Source: an uncultured Candidatus Actinomarina sp.
GTDB lineage: Bacteria; Actinomycetota; Acidimicrobiia; Actinomarinales; Actinomarinaceae
Length of the DNA: 64,000 bases
Reading direction: 5' to 3'
NCBI GenBank assembly: GCA_902533795.1
Contig: CACAND010000005.1
Location: 847-64,846, forward strand
A program made the translations under genes and the position numbers. The notes below the pieces were generated by a model. That model was not told the DNA's origin. It searched no databases and saw nothing but the letters and a program-made list of their open reading frames with translations. Positions within the stretch are counted from its first letter, which is position 1, and every line of letters starts with the position of its first letter. Positions 32,514 to 42,568 of this stretch are shown piece by piece.

Positions 32514-33127
32514 TGGCTAGATATACTGGGCCAAGAGTTAGAGTCTCAAGAAGATTAGGATTTAACGTATTTGAAAATAGAAAAGGCGATAAAGCTCTTC
32601 AAGACAGACCATACCCACCAGGGGAAAATGGTAAGAAAAGAATGAGAGAGACTGATTACGGAACTCAATTAAAAGAGAAACAAAAAGTCCGATATATGTA
32701 TGGAGTTCTTGAAAAGCAATTTAGAAATTATTACAAAGAAGCAACAAGGATGCCAGGCATAACCGGAGAAAATCTTCTTATTTTGCTTGAATCAAGAATT
32801 GATAATGTTATTTATAGAGCAGGATTTGCTGCTACTAGACCTCAGGCAAGACAATTAGTTTCTCATAGACACTTCAAACTTAATGGAAAATTAATTGATA
32901 TCCCTTCCATACAAATAAAGCCTGGAGATAAAATTGAACTTAAAGATCAAAGTAGTGACCTCATTGTAATCCAACATACTTTAGATACGGGACAAGACAG
33001 AGAAGATGCATCATGGTTGAAAGTAGATGAAAAGAAAAAAAGTATTGAAGTTTTGAATCAGCCAACAAGAAATGACGCTAGTCAACAAATTGAAGAACAA
33101 TTAATAGTAGAACTTTATTCTAAATAG
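32513..33127 (+). CDS. rpsD: 30S ribosomal protein S4
   Basis: ARYTGP, QLKEKQK, LESRIDNV, ARQLVSH, IVELYSK. Confidence 0.98.
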   Translation: MARYTGPRVRVSRRLGFNVFENRKGDKALQDRPYPPGENGKKRMRETDYGTQLKEKQKVRYMYGVLEKQFRNYYKEATRMPGITGENLLILLESRIDNVIYRAGFAATRPQARQLVSHRHFKLNGKLIDIPSIQIKPGDKIELKDQSSDLIVIQHTLDTGQDREDASWLKVDEKKKSIEVLNQPTRNDASQQIEEQLIVELYSK

Positions 33128-33147
33128 AATATAAGAAAGGAAAACAC

Positions 33148-34107
33148 GTGTTAATTTTACAAAGACCAGAAATATCTCAGGAAAATCTTGATAAGTCAAG
33201 AGCAAGTTTTACGATCGAACCACTTGAAACTGGATTTGGTTTGACCTTAGGTAATACAATGAGAAGGGCTTTACTTTCTCGAGTACCTGGGGTTGCAGTT
33301 ACAGGTGTAAAAATTGATGGAGTAAATCATGAGTTCACATCAGTACCTGGTGTAGTTGAAGATGTATTAGATGTACTGCTGAACCTTAAACGCTTAGTTC
33401 TTAAAGTTGATGATCAAGAAAGTCATACATTAACCGTCAAGGCTAAAGGACCGGGTGAAGTTAATGCAGCACAAATTCAATGTCCTGCTGGTGTAGAAGT
33501 TGTAAATACAGATCTGAAAATTTGTACTTTATCAAATGATTCAACACTAGACATGGAAGTTTCGATAGCTCATGGAGTAGGATATCGCTTGGCAGATAAG
33601 AATAAAACTAGTGATTCAAGTTTTATACCTATTGATTCTATGTTCTCTCCAGTAGTCAAAGTCAGTTATGCAGTTTCTCCAACACAAGTTGGTCAGGTCA
33701 CAAACTATGATAAATTGATTCTTGATGTTGAAACTGATGGATCCATTGAGCCAAGTGAAGCAATATCTTCAGTAGGAAAAACTCTTGGAGAACTGTGGAA
33801 GCTATTTGCAGATATTGATGAGGGAATTGGTCTTGAATTAGGAGAATTAACTATTTCAGAAGGAAGTTCCCCAGACCTTTCATTGTCTGTAGACGCTCTT
33901 GATTTATCAGAAAGACCAAGAAATTGTCTCGGAAGAGAAAATATAACAACTGTTGGACAAATTCTTGAATACACAGAAGACGATTTGCTCAATCTAACAA
34001 ACTTTGGTCAAAAAAGCTTAGACGAGCTTGTTGCAAAATTAGATGAGCTTGGCCTTAGCTTACCAACAAGTTCAGACTTGAATTCGGAAGATAATTCAGA
34101 TGCCTAG
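33148..34107 (+). CDS. rpoA: RNA polymerase alpha subunit
   Basis: EPLETGFGLTLGN.MRR.LLS, HEF..VPGV.ED, alpha-CTD NFGQKSL. Confidence 0.98.
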   Translation: MLILQRPEISQENLDKSRASFTIEPLETGFGLTLGNTMRRALLSRVPGVAVTGVKIDGVNHEFTSVPGVVEDVLDVLLNLKRLVLKVDDQESHTLTVKAKGPGEVNAAQIQCPAGVEVVNTDLKICTLSNDSTLDMEVSIAHGVGYRLADKNKTSDSSFIPIDSMFSPVVKVSYAVSPTQVGQVTNYDKLILDVETDGSIEPSEAISSVGKTLGELWKLFADIDEGIGLELGELTISEGSSPDLSLSVDALDLSERPRNCLGRENITTVGQILEYTEDDLLNLTNFGQKSLDELVAKLDELGLSLPTSSDLNSEDNSDA

Positions 34108-34450
34108 ACCAAGAAAAGGAAAACTTCTTGGAGGATCTTCATCTCATGAAGATCAGATTATAGGTAACTTAATTGCTTCTCTAATTGAATTCGAAAAGAT
34201 TGAAACTACATTAACCAAAGCTAAAGTTACTAAACCCTATGTTGATAAAGTAATTACTAAAGCAAAAAAAGGCTCCCTTCATGACAGAAGACAAGTTTTA
34301 AAGTTTATACAAAATAAAGCAGTCGTAGCAAAGCTTTTTGATGAGTTGGGTCCAAAATATCAAGATAGAGATGGTGGATACACCAGAATAACTAGAACAA
34401 GTTATAGAAAAGGTGATGGAGCTGAGCTAGCTGTACTAGAGTTAGTTTAA
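34100..34450 (+). CDS. rplQ: 50S ribosomal protein L17
   Basis: IETTLTKAK and R.GGYTRI.....RKGDGA. Confidence 0.97.
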   Translation: MPRPRKGKLLGGSSSHEDQIIGNLIASLIEFEKIETTLTKAKVTKPYVDKVITKAKKGSLHDRRQVLKFIQNKAVVAKLFDELGPKYQDRDGGYTRITRTSYRKGDGAELAVLELV

Positions 34451-34451
34451 T

Positions 34452-35000
34452 TTGAATACATTAAAAGATGTTTGGAGACAATTCAAACTTTTCATAAGAT
34501 TTGACTCTGAAACAATACTCAAAATTACCCAAGATAGATATGAAACAGGCAATGCCTTTTTAATTGTTACATTTAGTTTATTTGCTATTTATATTCCACT
34601 TTTATTTAGTTCAAATATAAATAATATTTTTGATTTAATTTTTTTTGGAGTTTTAGATGGAACATTTTCATGGGTATTTTCAAGCCTTGTTATGTGGTTT
34701 GCACTCGGCAGAGTATTTAAAGAAAATGTTGATTTAAATTCAATAATTACAATTACGGGTTACTCCCATGGATTAGTTGGATTTGTCTCGATTTGGTTTT
34801 TCTTACAAAACTCTTTCATGAATTTTGGAGATAGAGTTAACCAGATCTTTATATTGCTTCTTATCTTTTGGATTTATAATGCTGTTGCTAAATCACTCGA
34901 ACTTGGTTTTTTTATGGAAAAGAGAAATACAAAACTTTCTTCAGCCATTTTTATATTTATTTTATTTTGGACGTCAGACCCATTAAAAATAATAATATAA
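34452..35000 (+). CDS. Hypothetical membrane protein (about 5 TM; weak Yip1-like layout)
   Basis: 182-aa hydrophobic ORF tightly packed between rplQ and truA. Confidence 0.6.
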   Translation: MNTLKDVWRQFKLFIRFDSETILKITQDRYETGNAFLIVTFSLFAIYIPLLFSSNINNIFDLIFFGVLDGTFSWVFSSLVMWFALGRVFKENVDLNSIITITGYSHGLVGFVSIWFFLQNSFMNFGDRVNQIFILLLIFWIYNAVAKSLELGFFMEKRNTKLSSAIFIFILFWTSDPLKIII

Positions 35001-35001
35001 A

Positions 35002-35727
35002 TTGCTTTCTTATAAATTAGATATCTCTTACGATGGAACCAATTTTCATGGTTTCCAAAAACAAATCAAAAATAGAACAATTCAAGGAGAAATAGAAAAA
35101 ATTTTATATAAATTGTTAAAAGATTATGATTTGACATATTCTGGTAGGACTGACGCAGGTGTTCATGCCAAGTCCCAAATACTTTGTTTAAAAGTCAATA
35201 AACCACTAAATGATAATTTTATCAATTCTTTTAATTCTTTAATTTCTAATGAGATAAAAGTTAATAAAATTCTTAAAGCAAGTAAAGAATTTAATCCTAG
35301 ACATGATGCTAAGTCAAGAGTGTACAAATACTTTATCTTAAATAAAACAAAAGATTTACCATTCTCAGAAAATCAAGTTTACTTTATTAATAAAAAATTA
35401 GATTTAGATTATTTAAATCGTATTTCAAAAATATTTTTAGGAAATAATAATTTCAAAAATTTTTCAAAACTAAGACCTGGCCAATCTCCCGAACGGTATA
35501 TCAAAGTTAGTAAATGGACTTATCAAAATTCAAAGTATATATACACAGTTGAAGGTAATTCTTTTCTTCACAATATGGTGAAGTCATTAGTAGGTTCTCA
35601 GTTGGCAGTAATTGATAAAAAGATAACTATCAAAGATTTAAAATTATCTTTAAAGAATCCATCTGAAACTCGACATCGATTTATGGTTCCAAGTAGTGGT
35701 TTATATCTATGGAAAATCAAATACTAG
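35002..35727 (+). CDS. truA: tRNA pseudouridine(38-40) synthase
   Basis: YDGTNFHGFQKQ, GRTDAGVHA, FLHNMV. Confidence 0.96.
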   Translation: MLSYKLDISYDGTNFHGFQKQIKNRTIQGEIEKILYKLLKDYDLTYSGRTDAGVHAKSQILCLKVNKPLNDNFINSFNSLISNEIKVNKILKASKEFNPRHDAKSRVYKYFILNKTKDLPFSENQVYFINKKLDLDYLNRISKIFLGNNNFKNFSKLRPGQSPERYIKVSKWTYQNSKYIYTVEGNSFLHNMVKSLVGSQLAVIDKKITIKDLKLSLKNPSETRHRFMVPSSGLYLWKIKY

Positions 35728-35785
35728 TCTCCATAAATATAAATACAATTTATACTTAAGTTTCGTTACGATTCTTTAAGGTTTT

Positions 35786-36241
35786 ATGAGTACAAAAACG
35801 ACATTTGATGGAGTAGATTCTTCTGAGCGAAACTGGCATTTAGTTGATGCTAGTGGATTACCTGTAGGCAGATTGGCTAGCGAAATAGCACAAATTTTAA
35901 GAGGTAAACATAAACCGAAATTTGCACCTCATCTAGATGTTGGTGATTATGTGATCGTAATAAATGCTTCAAAAATACAAGCAACATCAAAAAAACCAGA
36001 ACAAAAAATGTATTATGACCACTCAGGTTATCCGGGTGGATTAAGAGAAGAGTCTTTTAATTCATTAAAAAAGAGAAAACCTGAAAAAATAATTGAAAGA
36101 GCCGTATGGGGGATGCTTCCAAAAAACAGATTAGGAAGGTCAATATTAAAAAAATTGTATGTTTATAGAGATGATAATCATCCACATGGTGCACAAAATC
36201 CATCAGAATTAAGTTTTGACATCAAGAAAGTAGTTGAATAG
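35786..36241 (+). CDS. rplM: 50S ribosomal protein L13
   Basis: W.LVDA, GRLAS...LRGKHKP, AVWGMLPKN.LG. Confidence 0.98.
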   Translation: MSTKTTFDGVDSSERNWHLVDASGLPVGRLASEIAQILRGKHKPKFAPHLDVGDYVIVINASKIQATSKKPEQKMYYDHSGYPGGLREESFNSLKKRKPEKIIERAVWGMLPKNRLGRSILKKLYVYRDDNHPHGAQNPSELSFDIKKVVE

Positions 36242-36243
36242 TA

Positions 36244-36633
36244 ATGAGTGAAACAATAGTAGCAACTGGACGTAGGAAAACATCAGTAGCAAGAGTTATG
36301 TTGAGTGAAGGGGATGGGTCCTTTGAGTTTAATGGTAAAACCCTCGAAGATTACTTTCCTAGTCCTTCAATGCGAATGACCATAAACAAACCATTTAACA
36401 TTGTTGGAATGGAAAAGAAATTTAATCTGAAAGTGAATTTAAATGGAAGTGGACTTTCTGCTCAAGCAGATGCTGTTGCCTTAGGCATTTCTAGAGCGTT
36501 AATACAATTCGATCCTGAACTCAGGCCAAAACTTAAAAAAGCAGGACTCTTAACTAGGGATGCTCGAAAAGTTGAAAGAAAAAAATACGGCCTAAAGAAA
36601 GCCCGAAGAGCAGAGCAATTTACTAAAAGATAA
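36244..36633 (+). CDS. rpsI: 30S ribosomal protein S9
   Basis: TGRRKTSVARV and LTRDARKVERKKYGLKKARR..QFTKR. Confidence 0.98.
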   Translation: MSETIVATGRRKTSVARVMLSEGDGSFEFNGKTLEDYFPSPSMRMTINKPFNIVGMEKKFNLKVNLNGSGLSAQADAVALGISRALIQFDPELRPKLKKAGLLTRDARKVERKKYGLKKARRAEQFTKR

Positions 36634-36640
36634 TAGTTCA

Positions 36641-37945
36641 TTGAAAAAATATTTTGGTACCGATGGTATTAGGGGTATCCCGAAAGAAACTTTATCTCAA
36701 GAGTTAATTTCTTCAATTTGTGCATCTGTTGAAATCTTGATTGATCCTAAAAGTGTCGCCATCATATCCGACACGAGAGAATCCTCAGATGAAATTCTGA
36801 ATTGGATTTCTTTAGGCTTTTCTGAAAATGTAAAGATATATAATCATGGTATTCTTCCTTCGGGCTCAATGCCCATAATCTTGAAAAAGTTTGATTACGA
36901 TCTGGGAATTATAATTTCTGCTTCACATAATCCAGCAAATTACAATGGAATAAAATTAATTCAAAAAAATGGTTCAAAGCTTGATGATGATATCGAAATT
37001 CAAATTGAGAACAGACTAAATAGTCTTAAGTTGCCAACGAAAGGTTCGGAAATAATTAATCTTTCCGATGGGCATGATGAGTATTTACGATATTTACAGG
37101 AAATTACTGACATTAATTTTGATAATTTTGAAATAATAATTGATGCTGCAAATGGAGCTGCTTTTAGTGTTATAAAAGAATTATTAGATTCCAAAAATGC
37201 AAAATACCGAATTATAAATGACACTCCCAATGGTCTAAACATAAATGATAATTGTGGAGCAACTTCTCCGGAAAATTTACAAAATGAGATAAAAAACAGG
37301 GAAATCGGCGCTTCTTTTGACGGTGACGCTGATAGATTGATAATGGTTGATGAAGAGGGAAAAATTGTTAATGGGGATTTAATATTAACTCTTCTTGCTA
37401 AATATTTTTCTGAATTGAATAACCTAAAAAACAATATTGTCGTTAGTACCGTTATGTCTAATTACGGTTTTAAACAGGCTATGCAAAAATTTGATTTTGA
37501 TCTAATCGAAACTCCTGTTGGAGATAAATATGTTGCAGAATCAATGAATAAATATGATGCCTCATTAGGAGGTGAGCAATCGGGCCATATAATAATTGCT
37601 GATTTACTACCTGTTGGAGATGGTCTTATTACTTTAATTATGGTTTTAAAAGCCCTCGAACACTTTGGAATGACACTTTGTGATTTTAAGAATGAAAATT
37701 TATATGAGTATCCACAGAAACTTACGAACATAGAGTTAACAAATAAATTAAACGATGAAGAAATAGAATACATAAATCAAATAGCACTTGATATGTCAAT
37801 AAACAAAGATTTAGATGGCCGATATCTTATTCGAAATTCAGGTACTGAGCCATTATTAAGAGTATTAGTTGAGGCTAAAAGCGCCGAAGCAATGCAAGAT
37901 TTTTCTGACGAACTGTTAACAAAGATTAATAAATACTTAAATTAG
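36641..37945 (+). CDS. glmM: Phosphoglucosamine mutase
   Basis: FGTDGIRG, ISASHNP, DGDADR, GGEQSGH, R.SGTEP. Confidence 0.95.
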   Translation: MKKYFGTDGIRGIPKETLSQELISSICASVEILIDPKSVAIISDTRESSDEILNWISLGFSENVKIYNHGILPSGSMPIILKKFDYDLGIIISASHNPANYNGIKLIQKNGSKLDDDIEIQIENRLNSLKLPTKGSEIINLSDGHDEYLRYLQEITDINFDNFEIIIDAANGAAFSVIKELLDSKNAKYRIINDTPNGLNINDNCGATSPENLQNEIKNREIGASFDGDADRLIMVDEEGKIVNGDLILTLLAKYFSELNNLKNNIVVSTVMSNYGFKQAMQKFDFDLIETPVGDKYVAESMNKYDASLGGEQSGHIIIADLLPVGDGLITLIMVLKALEHFGMTLCDFKNENLYEYPQKLTNIELTNKLNDEEIEYINQIALDMSINKDLDGRYLIRNSGTEPLLRVLVEAKSAEAMQDFSDELLTKINKYLN

Positions 37946-37980
37946 TAAAACTTAACGATATACTTTTCTTAACGAGCAAT

Positions 37981-38115
37981 TTAGCGCCAGGCCTTTAACG
38001 AGGTGACGAGGAAGTATGTTATCGAAAAATTCGGCGGATGCATACTCGGCACTGCAGTCGATATAAATTGTTAAAAACAGGAAGAAATTTCTGAACAGAG
38101 ACAATTTAACGCAGT
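37981..38115 (+). ncRNA. glmS ribozyme (GlcN6P-activated self-cleaving riboswitch)
   Basis: Core AGCGCCAG-P1-GACGAGG..TTATCGAA...TTCGGCGGATG, P3 AGTATG/CATACT, P4 TAAATTGT/ACAATTTA with a GAAA-capped stem, pseudoknot ACTGC/GCAGT; directly 5' of glmS. Confidence 0.93.
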
Positions 38116-38150
38116 CTTTATTTTAACCTGCTCGTTGGAATGGAGAAAAA

Positions 38151-39947
38151 ATGTGTGGAATAGTTGGGTATTCAGGCCCAAAAGAACCCTTGCCAATCTT
38201 AATAAATGGATTGTCTAGATTAGAGTATCGAGGATACGACTCAGCAGGAATTGCAATTTCCGATGGGAACAAAATAACCATTGAAAAAAAAGAAGGTAAA
38301 CTCGACTTCTTAAAAGATCATCTAAAAAATAATCAAATCTCTGGAAACGTAGGCATTGGTCATACAAGATGGGCGACCCATGGCGTACCAAATGATGTAA
38401 ATGCTCATCCTCACTCGGATAACAATGAAGAATTTGCGATTATTCATAATGGGATAATTGAAAATTATGCAGAAATTAAAAAAGATCTTTTAAACGAAGG
38501 ATTTGAATTTAAGTCTGATACTGACACTGAGGTAGTAGCTGTAGAGCTTAGCAGAAAATGGAGTGGGGAATTGCTTAAAACTGTAGTGGATGTTGCAAAC
38601 TCTCTTGAAGGAACTTATGCACTCCTCGTAACTACTACTAAAGAAGAAGGAACTATCGTTGCTGGAAGATTAATGAGCCCATTAGTTTTAGGAGTTGGCG
38701 ATGATGAAGTGTTTCTTGCGTCTGATTCGGCAGCAATACTAGAGCATACAAAAAAGATGATATTTCTTGAAAATGGTGATTTTGTAGAAATTAAAAATGG
38801 TAAATATAAGTTGTTTGACTCAGACTTAAATGAAATTGAAAGAGAGATCCAAGAAATAGACTGGGAGGTCTCTGAAGCAGAGAAATCAGGATATGACCAT
38901 TTTATGTATAAAGAGATACTTGAACAGTCTGAAGTAATTGAAAGAACTATTTCGGGAAGGCTGGACACAAATTCTGATGATATTCCGATTATGTCAGATC
39001 ATGCTTCTAAATTTGAAAAAATTTGGATAGTTGCATGCGGAACTGCTTATCATGCAGGTTTATTTGGCAAAGATCTGTTTGAGAAAGTTCTTGGTGTTCC
39101 AGTAAGCGTTGAGTTAGCTTCAGAGTTTAGATACAGGGAGCCGATTGTTGGGAAAAATGATTTAGGTATTGTAATCTCACAGTCTGGAGAAACAATGGAT
39201 ACAATTGCTGCAACAGAACTGCTTAAAGAAAATGGCTCACACGTACTCGCCCTAGTTAATGTTGTTGGAAGCTCATTGGCAAGAATGGCTGATAGTGTAT
39301 TTTACTTACATGTTGGTCCAGAGATCGGTGTAGCTTCTACTAAAGCTTATTTAGGTATGCTCGTATCTCAACTAGTACTTGCTAAACATTGGGACTCTCA
39401 AAATAGATTGGATGTATCTTTTGATCAGATTGCAGAACTTCCAAATCTAATAGACAAAACAATGGCTTGCGAAGATCAAATAAAACAGATATCTGAAAAA
39501 ATTTACAAAAAGAATGACATTTATTTTATTGGAAGAGGTTTGGATTATGCATTGGCAGCTGAAGGTGCCTTGAAATTAAAAGAGATTTCATATCTGCACG
39601 CTGAAGCATTGGCAGCAGGAGAGCTTAAGCATGGTACGCTAGCTTTGATAGAAGAAGGAACCCCTGTAGTAGTTACTGCTAGTCAAAATCATCTGCTCGA
39701 TAAGACAACCAGTAATGTACAAGAGGTCATTGCAAGGGGTGCATATGTTATTGCTATTGGAGACAGTGAGTCAGAAAAACTAGAAAATATATCAAATGAT
39801 TATGTGACACTCCCAGATAGTAATGAAATACTCACTACTGTGATATCGATTATACCTTTACAATTTATTGCTTATCATGTAGCAAATAAAAATGGCCAGT
39901 CGATTGATCAACCAAGAAACCTTGCAAAGTCAGTTACTGTAGAATAA
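38151..39947 (+). CDS. glmS: Glutamine-fructose-6-phosphate transaminase
   Basis: MCGIVG, LEYRGYDSAG, GHTRWATHG, SQSGET.D, PRNLAKSVTVE. Confidence 0.99.
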   Translation: MCGIVGYSGPKEPLPILINGLSRLEYRGYDSAGIAISDGNKITIEKKEGKLDFLKDHLKNNQISGNVGIGHTRWATHGVPNDVNAHPHSDNNEEFAIIHNGIIENYAEIKKDLLNEGFEFKSDTDTEVVAVELSRKWSGELLKTVVDVANSLEGTYALLVTTTKEEGTIVAGRLMSPLVLGVGDDEVFLASDSAAILEHTKKMIFLENGDFVEIKNGKYKLFDSDLNEIEREIQEIDWEVSEAEKSGYDHFMYKEILEQSEVIERTISGRLDTNSDDIPIMSDHASKFEKIWIVACGTAYHAGLFGKDLFEKVLGVPVSVELASEFRYREPIVGKNDLGIVISQSGETMDTIAATELLKENGSHVLALVNVVGSSLARMADSVFYLHVGPEIGVASTKAYLGMLVSQLVLAKHWDSQNRLDVSFDQIAELPNLIDKTMACEDQIKQISEKIYKKNDIYFIGRGLDYALAAEGALKLKEISYLHAEALAAGELKHGTLALIEEGTPVVVTASQNHLLDKTTSNVQEVIARGAYVIAIGDSESEKLENISNDYVTLPDSNEILTTVISIIPLQFIAYHVANKNGQSIDQPRNLAKSVTVE

Positions 39948-39952
39948 ATAAC

Positions 39953-41035
39953 ATGGATAGAGGTTACGTATACGTAAATAAGGCAAATTATTTACACAAC
40001 ATAGAAGTATTAAAAAAACTATCAAATAAAGAACTTTGTTTAGTTGTCAAAGCTAATGGTTATGGTCATGGCATTGAATGGACTGTCAAAACGGCTATGG
40101 AAGCTGGAATTAAATGGTTTGCGGTAGCAGCTATTAGTGAAGCAATAAAAGTACGTGCTCAATCTGATGAACTTAGAGTATTGTTACTTACCGAGCCATC
40201 GCTTGATGAGTTAGATAATATAGAACGACATAATATTGACTTAACAGTCTACAATGATTTTTTTATCGATGGTTTAGAAGAATCAGGTAAAGAATTTAGC
40301 ACCCATATAAAAATAGATACTGGTATGCACAGGGTTGGTTGCGAACCAGAGGATTTTATAAACCTTTATAATAAAATAAAAAAGTCTAAAACCATAAATC
40401 TAGCCGGTATATGTACCCATTTTCCATTAGCTGATGAAGAAATAGAACCAACACAAGAATCTATCGAATTATTCAAAGAAACAATTAAAGATATAGATTT
40501 AGATGATTTACTAATACACGTAGATAATTCTGGATCATCATTTTATAATTTTGATCCAACATTTAATTTATCAAGAGTAGGTCTGACAGTTTACGGGTGT
40601 AACATAACACCGGCTGAAGTAAATCAAGATTTTAAACCAACGATGGCTATAAAAACAAGAATATCAAATATTAACTACAGAAAAAAGGGAGAAGCAGTTT
40701 CTTATGGAAAAGCTTTGACTTTAGAAAGAGATACAACTGTAGCAGTATCTCCTGTTGGATACGGCGACGGGTATCCGTGGAGTACATTTCCTGATGGGAA
40801 AGTTATAGTTAACAATACATACTGTAATTTGATAGGAAGAGTTACTATGGACCAAATTCTCTATGACATTACAGATGTTGAAGCAAATATAAATGATGAA
40901 GTTGTTCTTTTGGGAAATTCAGAGAACAATGAACTTGAAATTACCGTCTACGATATTGCAAAATGGAATAATACTATTGAATGGGAAATCCTTACAAATA
41001 TTAATGAACGACTTGAAAGGGTTGAAATTGAATGA
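39953..41035 (+). CDS. alr: Alanine racemase
   Basis: VVKANGYGHG (PLP lysine), KIDTGMHRVG, VGYGDG, GRVTMDQ. Confidence 0.96.
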   Translation: MDRGYVYVNKANYLHNIEVLKKLSNKELCLVVKANGYGHGIEWTVKTAMEAGIKWFAVAAISEAIKVRAQSDELRVLLLTEPSLDELDNIERHNIDLTVYNDFFIDGLEESGKEFSTHIKIDTGMHRVGCEPEDFINLYNKIKKSKTINLAGICTHFPLADEEIEPTQESIELFKETIKDIDLDDLLIHVDNSGSSFYNFDPTFNLSRVGLTVYGCNITPAEVNQDFKPTMAIKTRISNINYRKKGEAVSYGKALTLERDTTVAVSPVGYGDGYPWSTFPDGKVIVNNTYCNLIGRVTMDQILYDITDVEANINDEVVLLGNSENNELEITVYDIAKWNNTIEWEILTNINERLERVEIE

Positions 41036-41432
41036 GATCGAGCTTAAAGAATCAGCTTTAGATGAATTTGCAAAAGACTTCGTAACAAAGTTATCAATTC
41101 CTTCAGTAGTTGGATTTAACGGAAGTTTGGGAGCTGGTAAAACTACAATAATAAAAAAGATAATTTATCACCTTGGAATCGAAGATAATGTAACTTCACC
41201 GACATTCAATATTGTAAAAAATTATCTCAAAGAAGATTTAAGTATTTACCATGTTGATCTCTACAGACTTTCGTCATTTCAAGAATTTATTGACCTTGAT
41301 CTTCCTTTGTTTGAAGAAAAAACCCTATTTTTTGTTGAATGGTCAAATCAACTTCCTAATACAAACCTCAATAATTGGACAATTGTTGATATTGATATCA
41401 TTGATGATTCAAGAAGAAAGATAAGGTTTTAA
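41028..41432 (+). CDS. tsaE: t6A biosynthesis ATPase TsaE
   Basis: G.LGAGKTT, VTSPTF, YHVDLYRL, VEW; start probably TTG 41022 or 41028 rather than 40893. Confidence 0.94.
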   Translation: MNEIELKESALDEFAKDFVTKLSIPSVVGFNGSLGAGKTTIIKKIIYHLGIEDNVTSPTFNIVKNYLKEDLSIYHVDLYRLSSFQEFIDLDLPLFEEKTLFFVEWSNQLPNTNLNNWTIVDIDIIDDSRRKIRF

Positions 41433-41433
41433 A

Positions 41434-42129
41434 TTGTATAAATTAGCAATATCTACATCAGGTGAATATGTTTCTGCAGCAATTTTTGAAGATAAGTTAC
41501 TTTCTAGTTTTGTTTCAAAAACTAACAGGGGCTCAACTGGAATACTACTCAATCAAATAAATGAATTATTTGATAAAACAAAAGCAAACAGAAAAGATCT
41601 TAGCGCACTTTATCTTGACGTAGGACCAGGATATTACACAGGACTAAGAATCGGCTTATCAGTTTCTCAAGGACTTGGTGCAGTTTTAGGCATCCCTATA
41701 ATTCCAGTAAATGGTCTCGATGCTCTTGCATTTGCAGCACATACAAGTCATAGAAAGATATGCTCGTTGATTGATATTAAACGAAGTGAGTTTGCTTATT
41801 GCGAATATATGCCTGTTCCAGGTGGAGTAACACGAGAGTCAGATCCTCAAGTTATTTCAGTTGAAAGCTTAGAAATTAAACTTTCTGATGATGCCGATAA
41901 AAAATTATTAGTAGGTAATTGGGATCTAATAGAAAATAAAAAAATTCTTACTGATAGTAACACTAAATTAGCTGAGCCAAGATTTGTGACTGCTGAAAAT
42001 ATTTACAACGTTGGTGAAAAAATAAAAGACTATCCCAACTTTAATGAAATAAACCTTGAATACATGAGAGAACCCGATGTCACATTATCAAAAGATAGCT
42101 TGAGTGGAGATGTGAAGCTTTATGATTAA
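41434..42129 (+). CDS. tsaB: t6A biosynthesis protein TsaB
   Basis: GPGYYTGLRIG motif, C-terminal Y.REPD, synteny. Confidence 0.92.
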   Translation: MYKLAISTSGEYVSAAIFEDKLLSSFVSKTNRGSTGILLNQINELFDKTKANRKDLSALYLDVGPGYYTGLRIGLSVSQGLGAVLGIPIIPVNGLDALAFAAHTSHRKICSLIDIKRSEFAYCEYMPVPGGVTRESDPQVISVESLEIKLSDDADKKLLVGNWDLIENKKILTDSNTKLAEPRFVTAENIYNVGEKIKDYPNFNEINLEYMREPDVTLSKDSLSGDVKLYD

Positions 42130-42568
42130 AAGTTTAGAATTTTGTTCATCTGAGACAGCCCTTAAGTTATCAAATTTAGAGCAAAAATTATTTTCTATGT
42201 CATGGGATGCCAGCATTATTGAGCAAAAAATAAATGACAAAAGTTTTAAGTATTGGATTTATGAAGATGAAAAGGAAATCATTGGATATTTAGGTATCCA
42301 ATTTATTCACCACGATATTGAGATTCTAGGAATTGGTGTATTGGAAGAATATAGAAAAAAAGGAGTAGCAACTGAACTTATGGATTTATTAATAAGCTAT
42401 TTTGAAAGTTCGAAATATGAAAAAATTATCTTAGAAGTAAGAGAATCAAATACATCCGCTCAAAGTTTATATAAAAAATACAATTTTAAATATTTTGGTA
42501 AAAGAAAAAAATATTATGTCACAGAAGATGCAGATATTTTTATAAAGGAAAAAGTATATGCAGAATGA
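42122..42568 (+). CDS. rimI: Ribosomal-protein N-acetyltransferase (GNAT)
   Basis: YRKKGVA, LEVRESN..AQ.LY, RKKYY..EDA; synteny. Confidence 0.9.
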   Translation: MIKSLEFCSSETALKLSNLEQKLFSMSWDASIIEQKINDKSFKYWIYEDEKEIIGYLGIQFIHHDIEILGIGVLEEYRKKGVATELMDLLISYFESSKYEKIILEVRESNTSAQSLYKKYNFKYFGKRKKYYVTEDADIFIKEKVYAE

